Shown: in pieces, positions 15,001 through 30,000 of the stretch
Position numbering within the stretch: position 1 is the first letter of the stretch
Layout: each line of letters begins with the position of its first letter
NCBI GenBank assembly: GCA_964016885.1
Contig: OZ024743.1
Coordinates: 332,134,001 to 332,198,000, forward strand
DNA: 64,000 bases
From: Eledone cirrhosa
Lineage: Eukaryota
Reading direction: 5' to 3'
Made by a program: the position numbers and the translations under genes
The notes under the pieces: model-generated
What the model saw: the letters and a program-made list of their open reading frames with translations, nothing else
Database searches by the model: none
Told to the model about the DNA's origin: nothing

Positions 15001-18000
15001 AACTCAAGGTTAGTGATACTATGTGTACCTGGGTATTTAAAACTCTTGGCTAGTGATACAATGTGTACCTGGGTGGGTATTTAAATCTCTTTGCTAGTGC
15101 TATAATGTGTACCTGAATATTTAAAACTCTAGGCTAGCGATACAATGTGTACCTGGGTATTTAAAACTTTAGGCTAGTGATACAATGTGTACCTCGGTAT
15201 TTAAAACTCAAGGTTAGTGATTCAATGTGTACCTAGGTATTTAAAACTCTAGGCTAGTGATACAATGTGTACCTTGGTATTTAAAACTCTAGGCTAGTGA
15301 TACAATGTGTACCTGGATATTTAAAACTCTAGGTTAGTGATACAATGTGTACCTGGTATTTCAAACTCTAGGCTAGTGTTACAATGTGTACCTGGGTATT
15401 TAAAACTCTAGGTTAGTGATACAATGTGTACCTGGGTATTTAAAACTCTAGGCTAGTGTTACAATGTGTACCTGGGTATTTAAAACTCTAGGTTAGTGAT
15501 ACAATGTGTACCTGGGTATTTAAAACTTTAGGCTAGTGATACAATGTGTACCTGGGTATTCAAAATTCTAGGTTAGTGATACAATGTGTACCTGGGTATT
15601 TAAAACTCTTGGCTAGTGATATAATGTGTACCTGGGTATTTAAAACTCTAGGCTAGCGATACAATGTGTACCTGGGTATTTAAAACTCTTGGCTAATGAT
15701 ACAATGTGTACCTGGGTATTTAAAACTCTTGGCTAATAATACAATGTGTACCTGGGTATTTAAAACTCTTGGCTAGTGATACAATGTGCAACTTGGTATT
15801 TAAAACTCTAGGCTAGTGATACAATGTGTACCTGGGTATTTATAACTCTAGGCTAGTGATACAATGTGTACCTGGGTATTTAAAACCCTTGGCTAGTGAT
15901 ACAATGTGTAACTTGGTATTTAAAACTCTTGGCTAATGATACAATGTGTACCTGGGTATTTAAAACCCTTGGCTAGTGATACAATGTGTAACTTGGTATT
16001 TAAAACTCTTGGCTAGTGATACAATGTGTACCTGAGTATTTAAAACTCTAGGTTAGTGATACAATGTGTACCTGAGTATTTAAAACTCTAGGCTAGTGAT
16101 ACAATGTGTATCTGTGTATTTATAACTCTAGGCTAGTGATAAAATGTGTACATGGGTTATTTATAACTTTAGGCTAGTGATACAATGTGTACCTGGGTAT
16201 TTAAAACTCTTGGCTAGTGATATAATGTGTACCTGGATATTTAAAACTCTTGGCTAGTGATACAATGTGTACCTGGGCATTTAAAACTCTTAGCTAGCTA
16301 TATAATGTGTACCTGGGTATTTAGTGCCCTACGCTAGCCATACAATGTGTACCTGGGTATTTAAAATTCTAGGCTAGTGATACAATGTGTACCTGGGTAT
16401 TTAAAACTCTAGGCTAGTGATACAATGTGTACCTGGATATTTAAAATTCTAGGCTAGTGATACAATGTGTACCTGGATATTTAAAACTCTAGGCTGGTGA
16501 TACAATGTGTATCTGGGTATTTATAACTCTAGGCTAGTGATACAATGTGTACCTGGGTATTTATAACTCTAGGCTAGTGATACAATGTGTACCTGGGTAT
16601 TTATAACTCTAGGCTAGTGATACAATGTGTACCTGGGTATTTATAACTCTAGGCTAGTGATACAATGTGTACCTGGGTATTTAAAACTCTAGGCTAGCGA
16701 TACAATGTGTACCTGGGTATTTAAAACTCTTGGCTAATGATACAATGTGTACCTGGGTATTTAAAACCCTTGGCTAGTGATACAATGTGTAACTTGGTAT
16801 TTAAAACTCTAGGCTAGTGATACAATGTGTACCTGGGTATTTATAACTCTAGGCTAGTGATACAATGTGTACCTGGGTATTTAAAACTCTAGGCTAGCGA
16901 TACAATGTGTACCTGGGTATTTAAAACTCTTGGCTAATGATACAATGTGTACCTGGGTATTTAAAACCCTTGGCTAGTGATACAAGTTGTAACTTGGTAT
17001 TTAAAACTCTTGGCTAGTGATACGATGTGTAACTTGGTATTTAAAACTCTTGGCTAATGATACAATGTGTACCTGGGTATTTAAAACCCTTGGCTAGTGA
17101 TACAATGTGTAACTTGGTATTTAAAACCCTTGGCTAGTGATACAATGTGTAACTTGGTATTTAAAACTCTTGGCTAATGATGCAATGTGTACCTGGGTAT
17201 TTAAAACCCTTGGCTAGTGATACAATGTGTACCTGAGTATTTAAAACTCTAGGTTAGTGATACAATGTGTACCTGGATATTTAAAACTAGGTTAGTGATA
17301 CAATGTGTATCTGTGTATTTATAACTCTAGGCTAGTGATAAAATGTGTACATGGGTTATTTATAACTTTAGGCTAGTGATACAATGTGTACCTGGGTATT
17401 TAAAACTCTAGGCTAGTGATACAATGTGTACCTGGGTGGGTATTTAAAACTCTTTGCTAGTACTATAATGTGTAGCTGAATATTTAAAACTCTAGGCTAG
17501 CGATACAATGTGTACCTGGGTATTTAAAACTCTTGGCTAGTGATACAATGTGTACCTGGGTATTTAAAACTAGGTTAGTGATACAATGTGTACCTGGGTA
17601 TTTAGTGCCCTAAGCTAGCCATACAATGTGTACCTGGGTATTTAAAACTCTTGGCTAGTGATACAATGTCTACCTGGATATTTAAAACTAGGTTAGTGAT
17701 ACAATGTGTACCTGGGTATTTATAACTCTAGGTGAGTGATACAATGTGTACCTGGGTATTTATAACTCTAGGTGAGTGATACAATGTGTACCTGGGTATT
17801 TATAACTCTAGGCTAGTGATACAATGTGTACCTGGATATTTAAAATTCTAGGCTAGTGATACAATGTGTACCTGGGTATTTAAAACTCTTGGCTAGCGAT
17901 AAAATGTGTACATGTGTATTTAAAACTCTAGGCTAGTGATACAATGTGTACCTGGATATTTAAAATTCTAGGCTAGCTATACAATATGTACCTGGGTATT

Positions 18001-21000
18001 TAGTGCCCTAAGCTAGCGATACAATGTGTACCTGGATATTTAAAACTCTAAGCTAGTGATACAATGTGTACCTGGGTATTTAGTGCCCAAAGTTAGCGAT
18101 ACAATGTGTACCTGGGTATTTAAAACACTAGGCTAGTGATACAATGTGTACCTGGGTATTTAAAACTCTTGGCTAATGATACAATGTGTACCTGGGTATT
18201 TAAAACACTTGGCTAGTGATACAATGTGTAACTTGGTATTTAAAACTCAAGGTTAGTGATACTATGTGTACCTGGGTATTTAAAACTCTAGGCTAGTGAT
18301 ACAATGTGTACCTGGGTATTTAAAACTCTTGGCTAATGATACAATGTGTACCTGGGTATTTAAAACTTTAGGCTAGTGATACAATGTGTACCTCGGTATT
18401 TAAAACTCAAGGTTAGTGATTCAATGTGTACCTAGGTATTTAAAACTCTAGGCTAGTGATACAATGTGTACCTGGGTATTTGAAACTCTAGGCTAGGGAT
18501 ACAATGTGTACCTGGGTATTTTAAACTCTAAGCTAGTGATACAATGTGTACCTGGATATTTAAAACTCTAGGCTAGTGATACAATGTGTACCTGGATATT
18601 TAAAACTCTAGGTTAGTGATACAATGTGTACCTGGATATTTAAAACTCTAGGTTAGTGATACAATGTGTACCTGGTATTTAAAGCTCTAGGCTAGTGATA
18701 CAATGTGTACCTGGGTATTCAAAATTCTAGGTTAGTGATACAATGTGTACCTGGGTATTTAAAACTGTTGGCTAGTGATATAATGTGTACCTGGATATTT
18801 AAAACTCTTGGCTAGTGATACAATGTGTACCTGGATATTTAAAATTCTAGGCTAGTGATACAATGTGTACCTGGGTATTTCAAATTCTAGGCTAGTGATA
18901 CAATGTGTACCTGGATATTTAAAACTCTAGGCTGGTGATACAATGTGTACCTGGGTATTTATAACTCTAGGCTAGTGATACAATGTGTACCTGGGTATTT
19001 ATAACTCTAGGCTAGTGATACAATGTGTACCTGGGTATTTAAAACTCTAGGCTGGTGATACAATGTGTACCTGGGTATTTATAACTCTAGGCTAGTGATA
19101 CAATGTGTACCTGGGTATTTATAACTCTAGGCTAGTGATACAATGTGTACCTGGGTATTTAAAACTCTAGGCTAGCGATACAATGTGTACCTGGGTATTT
19201 AAAACTCTTTGCTAATGATACAATGTGTACCTGGGTATTTAAAACCCTTGGCTAGTGATACAATGTGTAACTTGGTATTTAAAACTCTAGTCTAGTGATA
19301 CAATGTGTACCTGGGTATTTATAACTCTAGGCTAGTGATACAATGTGTACCTGGGTATTTAAAACTCTAGGCTAGCGATACAATGTGTACCTGGGTATTT
19401 AAAACTCTTGGCTAATGATACAATGTGTACCTGGGTATTTAAAACCCTTGGCTAGTGATACAATTTGTAGCTTGGTATTTAAAACTCTTGGCTAGTGATA
19501 CAATGTGTAACTTGGTATTTAAAACTCTTGGCTAATGATACAATGTGTACCTGGGTATTTAAAACCCTTGGCTAGTGATACAATGTGTAACTTGGTATTT
19601 AAAACCCTTGGCTAGTGATACAATGTGTAACTTGGTATTTAAAACTACGTTAGTGATACAATGTGTATCTGTGTATTTATAACTCTAGGCTAGTGATAAA
19701 ATGTGTACATGGGTTATTTATAACTTTAGGCTAGTGATACAATGTGTACCTGGGTATTTAAAACTCTAGGCTAGTGATACAATGTGTACCTGGGTGGGTA
19801 TTTAAAACTCTTTGCTAGTACTATAATGTGTAGCTGAATATTTAAAACTCTAGGCTAGCGATACAATGTGTACCTGGGTATTTAAAACTCTTGGCTAGTG
19901 ATACAATGTGTACCTGGGTATTTAAAACTAGGTTAGTGATACAATGTGTACCTGGGTATTTATAACTCTAGGCTAGTGATACAATGTGTACCTGGATATT
20001 TAAAATTCTAGGCTAGTGATACAATGTGTACCTGTGTATTTAAAACTCTAGGCTAGTGATACAATGTGTACCTGGATATTTAAAACTCTAAGCTAGTGAT
20101 ACAATGTGTACCTGGGTATTTAGTGCCTTAAGCTAGCCATACAATGTGTACCTGGGTATTTAAAACTCTTGGCTAGTGATACAATGTCTACCTGGATATT
20201 TAAAACTAGGTTAGTGATACAATGTGTGCCTGGGTATTTATAACTCTAGGCTAGTGATACAATGTGTACCTGGGTATTTAAAACTCTTGGCTAGCGATAA
20301 AATGTGTACATGGGTATTTAAAACTCTAGGCTAGTGATACAATGTGTACCTGGATATTTAAAATTCTAGGCTAGCTATACAATATGTACCTGGGTATTTA
20401 GTGCCCTAAGCTAGCGATACAATGTGTACCTGGATATTTAAAACTCTAAGCTAGTGATACAATGTGTACCTGGGTATTTAGTGCCCAAAGTTAGCGATAC
20501 AATGTGTACCTGGGTATTTAAAACACTAGGCTAGTGATACAATGTGTACCTGGGTATTTAAAACTCTTGGCTAATGATACAATGTGTACCTGGGTATTTA
20601 AAACCCTTGGCTAGTGATACAATGTGTAACTTGGTATTTAAAACTCAAGGTTAGTGATACTATGTGTACCTGGGTATTTAAAACTCTTGGCTAGTGATAC
20701 AATGTGTACCTGGGTGGGTATTTAAATCTCTTTGCTAGTGCTATAATGTGTACCTGAATATTTAAAACTCTAGGCTAGCGATACAATGTGTACCTGGGTA
20801 TTTAAAACTTTAGGCTAGTGATACAATGTATACCTCGGTATTTAAAACTCTAGGTTAGTGATACAATGTGTACCTGGGTATTTGAAACTCTAGGCTAGAG
20901 ATACAATGTGTACCTGGGTATTTTAAACTCTAAGCTAGTGATACAATGTCTACCTGGATATTTAAAACTCTAGGCTAGTGATACAATGTGTACCTGGTAT

Positions 21001-24000
21001 TTAAAACTCTAGGCTAGTGTTACAATGTGTACCTGGATATTTAAAACTCTAGGCTAGTGATACAATGTGTACCTGGATATTTAAAACTCTAGGTTAGTGA
21101 TACAATGTGTACCTGGTATTTAAAACTCTAGGCTAGTGATACAATGTGTAGCTGGGTATTCAAAATTCTAGGTTAGTGATACAATGTGTACCTGGGTATT
21201 TAAAACTGTTGGCTAGTGATATAATGCGTACCTGGATATTTAAAACTCTTGGCTATTGATACAATGTGTACCTGGATATTTAAAATTCTAGGCTAGTGAT
21301 ACAATGTGTACCTGGGTATTTAAAATTCTAGGCTAGTGATACAATGTGTACCTGGGTATTTAAAACTCTAGGCTAGTGATACAATGTGTACCTGGATATT
21401 TAAAATTCTAGGCTGGTGATACAATGTGTACCTGGGTATTTAAAATTCTAGGCTAGTGATACAATGTGTACCTGGGTATTTATAACTCTAGGCTAGTGAT
21501 ACAATGTGTACCTGGATATTTAAAATTCTAGGCTAGTGATACAATGTGTACCTGGGTATTTAAAATTCTAGGCTAGTGATACAATGTGTACCTGGGTATT
21601 TATAACTCTAGGCTAGTGATACAATGTGTACCTGGATATTTAAAACTCTAGCTTAGTGATACAATGTGTACCTGGGTATTTATAACTCTAGGCTAGTGAT
21701 ACAATGTGTACCTGGGTATTTATAACTCTAGGCTAGTGATACAATGTGTACCTGGGTATTTAAAACTCTAGGCTAGCGATACAATGTGTACCTGGGTATT
21801 TAAAACTGTTGGCTAATGATACAATGTGTAACTTGGTATTTAAAACTCTAGGCTAGTGATACAATGTGTACCTGGGTATTTATAACTCTAGGCTAGTGAT
21901 ACAATGTGTACCTGGATATTTAAAATTCTAGGCTAGTGATACAATGTGTACCTGGGTATTTAAAACTCTTGGCTAGCGATAAAATGTGTACATGGGTATT
22001 TAAAACTCTAGGCTAGTGATACAATGTTTACCTGGATATTTAAAATTCTAGGCTAGCTATACAATATGTACCTGGGTATTTAGTGCCCTAAGCTAGCGAT
22101 ACAATGTGTACCTGGATATTTAAAACTCTAAGCTAGTGATACAATGTGTACCTGGGTATTTAGTGCCCAAAGTTAGCGATACAATGTGTACCTGGGTATT
22201 TAAAACACTAGGCTAGTGATACAATGTGTACCTGGGTATTTAAAACTCTTGGCTAATGATACAATGTGTACCTGGGTATTTAAAACCCTTGGCTACTGAT
22301 ACAATGAGTAACTTGGTATTTAAGACTCAAGGTTAGTGATACTATGTGTACCTGGGTATTTAAAACTCTTGGCTAGTGATACAATGTGTACCTGGGTGGG
22401 TATTTAAATCTCTTTGCTAGTGCTATAATGTGTACCTGAATATTTAAAACTCTAGGCTACCGATACAATGTGTACCTGGGTATTTAAAACTCTAGGCTAG
22501 TGATACAATGTGTACCTGGGTATTTAAAACTCAAGGTTAGTGATTCAATGTGTACCTGTGTATTTAAAACTCTAGGTTAGTGATACAATGTGTACCTGGG
22601 TATTTGAAACTCTAGGCTAGGGATACAATGTGTACCTGGGTATTTTAAACTCTAAGCTAGTGATACAATGTGTACCTGGATATTTAAAACTCTAGGCTAG
22701 TGATACAATGTGTACCTGGATATTTAAAACTCTAGGTTAGTGATACAATGTGTACCTGGTATTTAAAACTCTAGGCTAGTGATACAATGTGTACCTGGAT
22801 ATTTAAAACTCTTGGCTAATGATACAATGTGTACCTGGGTATTTAAAACCCTTGGCTAGTGATACAATGTGTAACTTGGTATTTAAAACCCTTGGCTAGT
22901 GATACAATGTGTAACTTGGTATTTAAAACTCTTGGCTAATGATACAATGTGTACCTGGGTATTTAAAGCTAGGTTAGTGATACAATGTGTATCTGTGTAT
23001 TTATAACTCTAGGCTAGTGATAAAATGTGTACATGGGTTATTTATAACTTTAGGCTAGTGATACAATGTGTACCTGGGTATTTAAAACTCTAGGCTAGTG
23101 ATACAATGTGTACCTGGGTGGGTATTTAAAACTCTTTGCTAGTACTATAATGTGTAGCTGAATATTTAAAACTCTAGGCTAGCGATACAATGTGTACCTG
23201 GGTATTTAAAACTCTTGGCTAGTGATACAATGTGTACCTGGGTATTTAAAACTAGCTTAGTGATACAATGTGTACATGGGTATTTATAACTCTAGGCTAG
23301 TGATACAATGTGTACCTGGATATTTAAAATTCTAGGCTAGTGATACAATGTGTACCTGTGTATTTAAAACTCTAGGGTAGTGATACAATGTGTACCTGGG
23401 TATTTAGTGCCCTAAGCTAGCCATACAATGTGTACCTGGGTATTTAAAACTCTTGGCTAGTGATACAATGTCTACCTGGATATTTAAAACTAGGTTAGTG
23501 ATACAATGTGTACCTGGGTATTTATAACTCTAGGTGAGTGATACAATGTGTACCTGGGTATTTATAACTCTAGGTGAGTGATACAATGTGTACCTGGGTA
23601 TTTATAACTCTAGGCTAGTGATACAATGTGTACCTGGATATTTAAAATTCTAGGCTAGTGATACAATGTGTACCTGGGTATTTAAAACTCTTGGCTAGCG
23701 ATAAAATGTGTACATGGGTATTTAAAACTCTAGGCTAGTGATACAATGTGTACCTGGATATTTAAAATTCTAGGCTAGCTATACAATATGTACCTGGGTA
23801 TTTAGTGCCCTAAGCTAGCGATACAATGTGTACCTGGATATTTAAAACTCTAAGCTAGTGATACAATGTGTACCTGGGTATTTAGTGCCCAAAGTTAGCG
23901 ATACAATGTGTACCTGGGTATTTAAAACACTAGGCTAGTGATACAATGTGTACCTGGGTATTTAAAACTCTTGGCTAATGATACAATGTGTACCTGGGTA

Positions 24001-27000
24001 TTTAAAACCCTTGGCTAGTGATACAATGTGTAACTTGGTATTTAAAACTCAAGGTTAGTGATACTATGTGTACCTGGGTATTTAAAACTCTTGGCTAGTG
24101 ATACAATGTGTACCTGGGTGGGTATTTAAATCTCTTTGCTAGTGCTATAATGTGTACCTGAATATTTAAAACTCTAGGCTAGCGATACAATGTGTACCTG
24201 GGTATTTAAAACTTTAGGCTAGTGATACAACGTGTACCTCGGTATTTAAAACTCAAGGTTAGTGATTCAATGTGTACCTAGGTATTTAAAACTCTAGGCT
24301 AGTGATACAATGTGTACCTGGGTATTTAAAACTCTAGGTTAGTGATTCAATGTGTACCTGTGTATTTAAAACTCTAGGTTAGTGATACAATGTGTACCTG
24401 GGTATTTGAAACTCTAGGCTAGGGATACAATGTGTACCTGGGTATTTTAAACTCTAAGCTAGTGATACAATGTGTACCTGGATATTTAAAACTCTAGGCT
24501 AGTGATACAATGTGTACCTGGATATTTAAAACTCTAGGTTAGTGATACAATGTGTACCTGGTATTTAAAACTCTAGGCTAGTGTTACAATGTGTACCTGG
24601 ATATTTAAAACTCTAGGCTAGTGATACAATGTGTACCTGGATATTTAAAACTCTAGGTTAGTGATACAATGTGTACCTGGTATTTAAAACTCTAGGCTAG
24701 TGATACAATGTGTACCTGGGTATTCAAAATTCTAGGTTAGTGATACAATGTGTACCTGGGTATTTAAAACTGTTGGCTAGTGATATAATGTGTACCTGGA
24801 TATTTAAAACTCTTGGCTAGTGATACAATGTGTACCTGGGCATTTAAAACTCTTAGCTAGCTATATAATGTGTGCCTGTGTATTTAGTGCCCTACGCTAG
24901 CCATACAATGTGTACCTGGGTATTTAAAATTCTAGGCTAGTGATACAATGTGTACCTGGGTGTTTAAAACTCTAGGCTAGTGATACAATGTGTACCTGGG
25001 TATTTAAAATTCTAGGCTAGTGATACAATGTGTACCTGGGTATTTAAAACTCTAGGCTAGTGATACAATGTGTACCTGGATATTTAAAATTCTAGGCTGG
25101 TGATACAATGTGTACCTGGGTATTTAAAATTCTAGGCCAGTAATACAATGTGTACCTTGGTATTTATAACTCTAGGCTAGTGATACAATGTGTACCTGGA
25201 TATTTAAAATTCTAGGCTAGTGATACAATGTGTACCTGGGTATTTAAAATTCTAGGCTAGTGATACAATGTGTACCTGGGTATTTATAACTCTAGGCTAG
25301 TGATACAATGTGTACCTGTGTATTTAAAACTCTAGGGTAGTGATACAATGTGTACCTGGGTATTTAGTGCCCTAAGCTAGCCATACAATGTGTACCTGGG
25401 TATTTAAAACTCTTGGCTAGTGATACAATGTCTACCTGGATATTTAAAACTAGGTTAGTGATACAATGTGTACCTGGGTATTTATAACTCTAGGTGAGTG
25501 ATACAATGTGTACCTGGGTATTTATAACTCTAGGTGAGTGATACAATGTGTACCTGGGTATTTATAACTCTAGGCTAGTGATACAATGTGTACCTGGATA
25601 TTTAAAATTCTAGGCTAGTGATACAATGTGTACCTGGGTATTTAAAACTCTTGGCTAGCGATAAAATGTGTACATGGGTATTTAAAACTCTAGGCTAGTG
25701 ATACAATGTGTACCTGGATATTTAAAATTCTAGGCTAGCTATACAATATGTACCTGGGTATTTAGTGCCCAAAGTTAGCGATACAATGTGTACCTGGGTA
25801 TTTAAAACACTAGGCTAGTGATACACTGTGTACCTGGGTATTTAAAACTCTTGGCTAATGATACAATGTGTACCTGGGTATTTAAAACCCTTGGCTAGTG
25901 ATACAATGTGTAACTTGGTATTTAAAACTCAAGGTTAGTGATACTATGTGTACCTGGGTATTTAAAACTCTTGGCTAGTGATACAATGTGTACCTGGGTG
26001 GGTATTTAAATCTCTTTGCTAGTGCTATAATGTGTACCTGAATATTTAAAACTCTAGGCTAGCGATACAATGTGTACCTGGGTATTTAAAACTTTAGGCT
26101 AGTGATACAATGTGTACCTCGGTATTTAAAACTCAAGGTTAGTGATTCAATGTGTACCTAGGTATTTAAAACTCTAGGCTAGTGATACAATGTGTACCTG
26201 GGTATTTAAAACTCTAGGTTAGTGATTCAATGTGTACCTGTGTATTTAAAACTCTAGGTTAGTGATACAATGTGTACCTGGGTATTTGAAACTCTAGGCT
26301 AGGGATACAATGTGTACCTGGGTATTTTAAACTCTAAGCTAGTGATACAATGTGTACCTGGATATTTAAAACTCTAGGCTAGTGATACAATGTGTACCTG
26401 GATATTTAAAACTCTAGGTTAGTGATACAATGTGTACCTGGTATTTAAAACTCTAGGCTAGTGTTACAATGTGTACCTGGATATTTAAAACTCTAGGCTA
26501 GTGATACAATGTGTACCTGGATATTTAAAACTCTAGGTTAGTGATACAATGTGTACCTGGTATTTAAAACTCTAGGCTAGTGATACAATGTGTACCTGGG
26601 TATTCAAAATTCTAGGTTAGTGATACAATGTGTACCTGGGTATTTAAAACTGTTGGCTAGTGATATAATGTGTACCTGGATATTTAAAACTCTTGGCTAG
26701 TGATACAATGTGTACCTGGGCATTTAAAACTCTTAGCTAGCTATATAATGTGTGCCTGTGTATTTAGTGCCCTACGCTAGCCATACAATGTGTACCTGGG
26801 TATTTAAAATTCTAGGCTAGTGATACAATGTGTACCTGGGTGTTTAAAACTCTAGGCTAGTGATACAATGTGTACCTGGGTATTTAAAATTCTAGGCTAG
26901 TGATACAATGTGTACCTGGGTATTTAAAACTCTAGGCTAGTGATACAATGTGTACCTGGATATTTAAAATTCTAGGCTGGTGATACAATGTGTACCTGGG

Positions 27001-30000
27001 TATTTAAAATTCTAGGCTAGTAATACAATGTGTACCTTGGTATTTATAACTCTAGGCTAGTGATACAATGTGTACCTGGATATTTAAAATTCTAGGCTAG
27101 TGATACAATGTGTACCTGGGTATTTAAAATTCTAGGCTAGTGATACAATGTGTACCTGGGTATTTATAACTCTAGGCTAGTGATACAATGTGTACCTGGA
27201 TATTTAAAACTCTAGCTTAGTGATACAATGTGTACCTGGGTATTTATAACTCTAGGCTAGTGATACAATGTGTACCTGGGTATTTATAACTCTAGGCTAG
27301 TGATACAATGTGTACCTGGGTATTTCAAACTCTAGGCTAGCGATACAATGTGTACCTGGGTATTTAAAACTCTTGGCTAATGATACAATGTGTACCTGGG
27401 TATTTAAAACTCTTGGCTAATGATACAATGTGTACCTGGGTATTTAAAACTCTTGGCTAGTGATACAATGTGTACCTGGGTATTTAAAACTCTAGGCTAG
27501 CGATACAATGTGTACCTGGGTATTTAAAACCCTTGGCTAGTGATACAATGTGTAACTTGGTATTTAAAACTCTAGGCTAGTGATACAATGTGTACCTGGG
27601 TATTTATAACTCTAGGCTAGTGATACAATGTGTACCTGGGTATTTAAAACCCTTGGCTAGTGATACAATGTGTAACTTGGTATTTAAAACTCTTGGCTAA
27701 TGATACAATGTGTACCTGGGTATTTAAAACTCTTGGCTAGTGATACAATGTGTAACTTGGTATTTAAAACTCTTGGCTAGTGATACAATGTGTACCTGAG
27801 TATTTAAAACTCTAGGTTAGTGATACAATGTGTATCTGTGTATTTATAACTCTAGGCTAGTGATAAAATGTGTACATGGGTTATTTATAACTTTAGGCTA
27901 GTGATACAATGTGTACCTGGGTATTTAAAACTCTAGGCTAGTGATACAATGTGTACCTGGGTGGGTATTTAAAACTCTTTGCTAGTACTATAATGTGTAG
28001 CTGAATATTTAAAACTCTAGGCTAGTGATACAATGTGTACCTGGATATTTAAAACTCTAGCTTAGTGATACAATGTGTACCTGGGTATTTATAACTCTAG
28101 GCTAGTGATACAATGTGTACCTGGGTATTTATAACTCTAGGCTAGTGATACAATGTGTACCTGGGTATTTAAAACTCTAGGCTAGCGATACAATGTGTAC
28201 CTGGGTATTTAAAACTCTTGGCTAATGATACAATGTGTACCTGGGTATTTAAAACTCTTGGGTAGTGATACAATGTGTACCTGGGTATTTAAAACTCTAG
28301 GCTAGCGATACAATGTGTACCTGGGTATTTAAAACCCTTGGCTAGTGATACAATGTGTAACTTGGTATTTAAAACTCTAGGCTAGTGATACAATGTGTAC
28401 CTGGGTATTTATAACTCTAGGCTAGTGATACAATGTGTACCTGGATATTTAAAATTCTAGGCTAGTGATACAATGTGTACCTGGGTATTTAAAACTCTTG
28501 GCTAGCGATAAAATGTGTACATGGGTATTTAAAACTCTAGGCTAGTGATACAATGTGTACCTGGATATTTAAAATTCTAGGCTAGCTATACAATATGTAC
28601 CTGGGTATTTAGTGCCCTAAGCTAGCGATACAATGTGTACCTGGATATTTAAAACTCTAAGCTAGTGATACAATGTGTACCTGGGTATTTAGTGCCCAAA
28701 GTTAGCGATACAATGTGTACCTGGGTATTTAAAACACTAGGCTAGTGATACAATGTGTACCTGGGTATTTAAAACTCTTGGCTAATGATACAATGTGTAC
28801 CTGGGTATTTAAAACCCTTGGCTAGTGATACAATGTGTAACTTGGTATTTAAAACTCAAGGTTAGTGATACTATGTGTACCTGGGTATTTAAAACTCTTG
28901 GCTAGTGATACAATGTGTACCTGGGTGGGTATTTAAATCTCTTTGCTAGTGCTATAATGTGTTCCTGAATATTTAAAACTCTAGGCTAGCGATACAATGT
29001 GTACCTGGGTATTTAAAACTTTAGGCTAGTGATACAATGTGTACCTCGGTATTTAAAACTCAAGGTTAGTGATTCAATGTGTACCTAGGTATTTAAAACT
29101 CTAGGCTAGTGATACAATGTGTACCTGGGTATTTAAAACTCAAGGTTAGTGATTCAATGTGTACCTGTGTATTTAAAACTCTAGGTTAGTGATACAATGT
29201 GTACCTGGGTATTTGAAACTCTAGGCTAGGGATACAATGTGTACCTGGATATTTAAAACTCTAGGCTAGTGATACAATGTGTACCTGGATATTTAAAACT
29301 CTAGGTTAGTGATACAATGTGTACCTGGTATTTAAAACTCTAGGCTAGTGTTACAATGTGTACCTGGATATTTAAAACACTAGGCTAGTGATACAATGTG
29401 TACCTGGATATTTAAAACTCTAGGTTAGTGATACAATGTGTACCTGGTATTTAAAACTCTAGGCTAGTAATACAATGTGTACCTGGGTATTCAAAATTCT
29501 AGGTTAGTGATACAATGTGTACCTGGGTATTTAAAACTGTTGGCTAGTGATATAATGTGTACCTGGATATTTAAAACTCTTGGCTAGTGATACAATGTGT
29601 ACCTGGGCATTTAAAATCTTAGCTAGCTATATAATGTGTGCCTGGGTATTTAGTGCCCTACGCTAGCCATACAATGTGTAACTGGGTATTTAAAATTCTA
29701 GGCTAGTGATACAATGTGTACCTGGGTGTTTAAAACTCTAGGCTAGTGATACAATGTGTACCTGGGTATTTAAAACTCTAGGCTAGTGATACAATGTGTA
29801 CCAGGATATTTAAAATTCTAGGCTAGTGATACAATGTGTACCTGGGTATTTAAAATTCTAGGCTAGTGATACAATGTGTACCTGGGTATTTAAAACTCTA
29901 GGCTAGTGATACAATGTGTACCTGGATATTTAAAATTCTAGGCTGGTGATACAATGTGTACCTGGGTATTTAAAATTCTAGGCTAGTAATACAATGTGTA

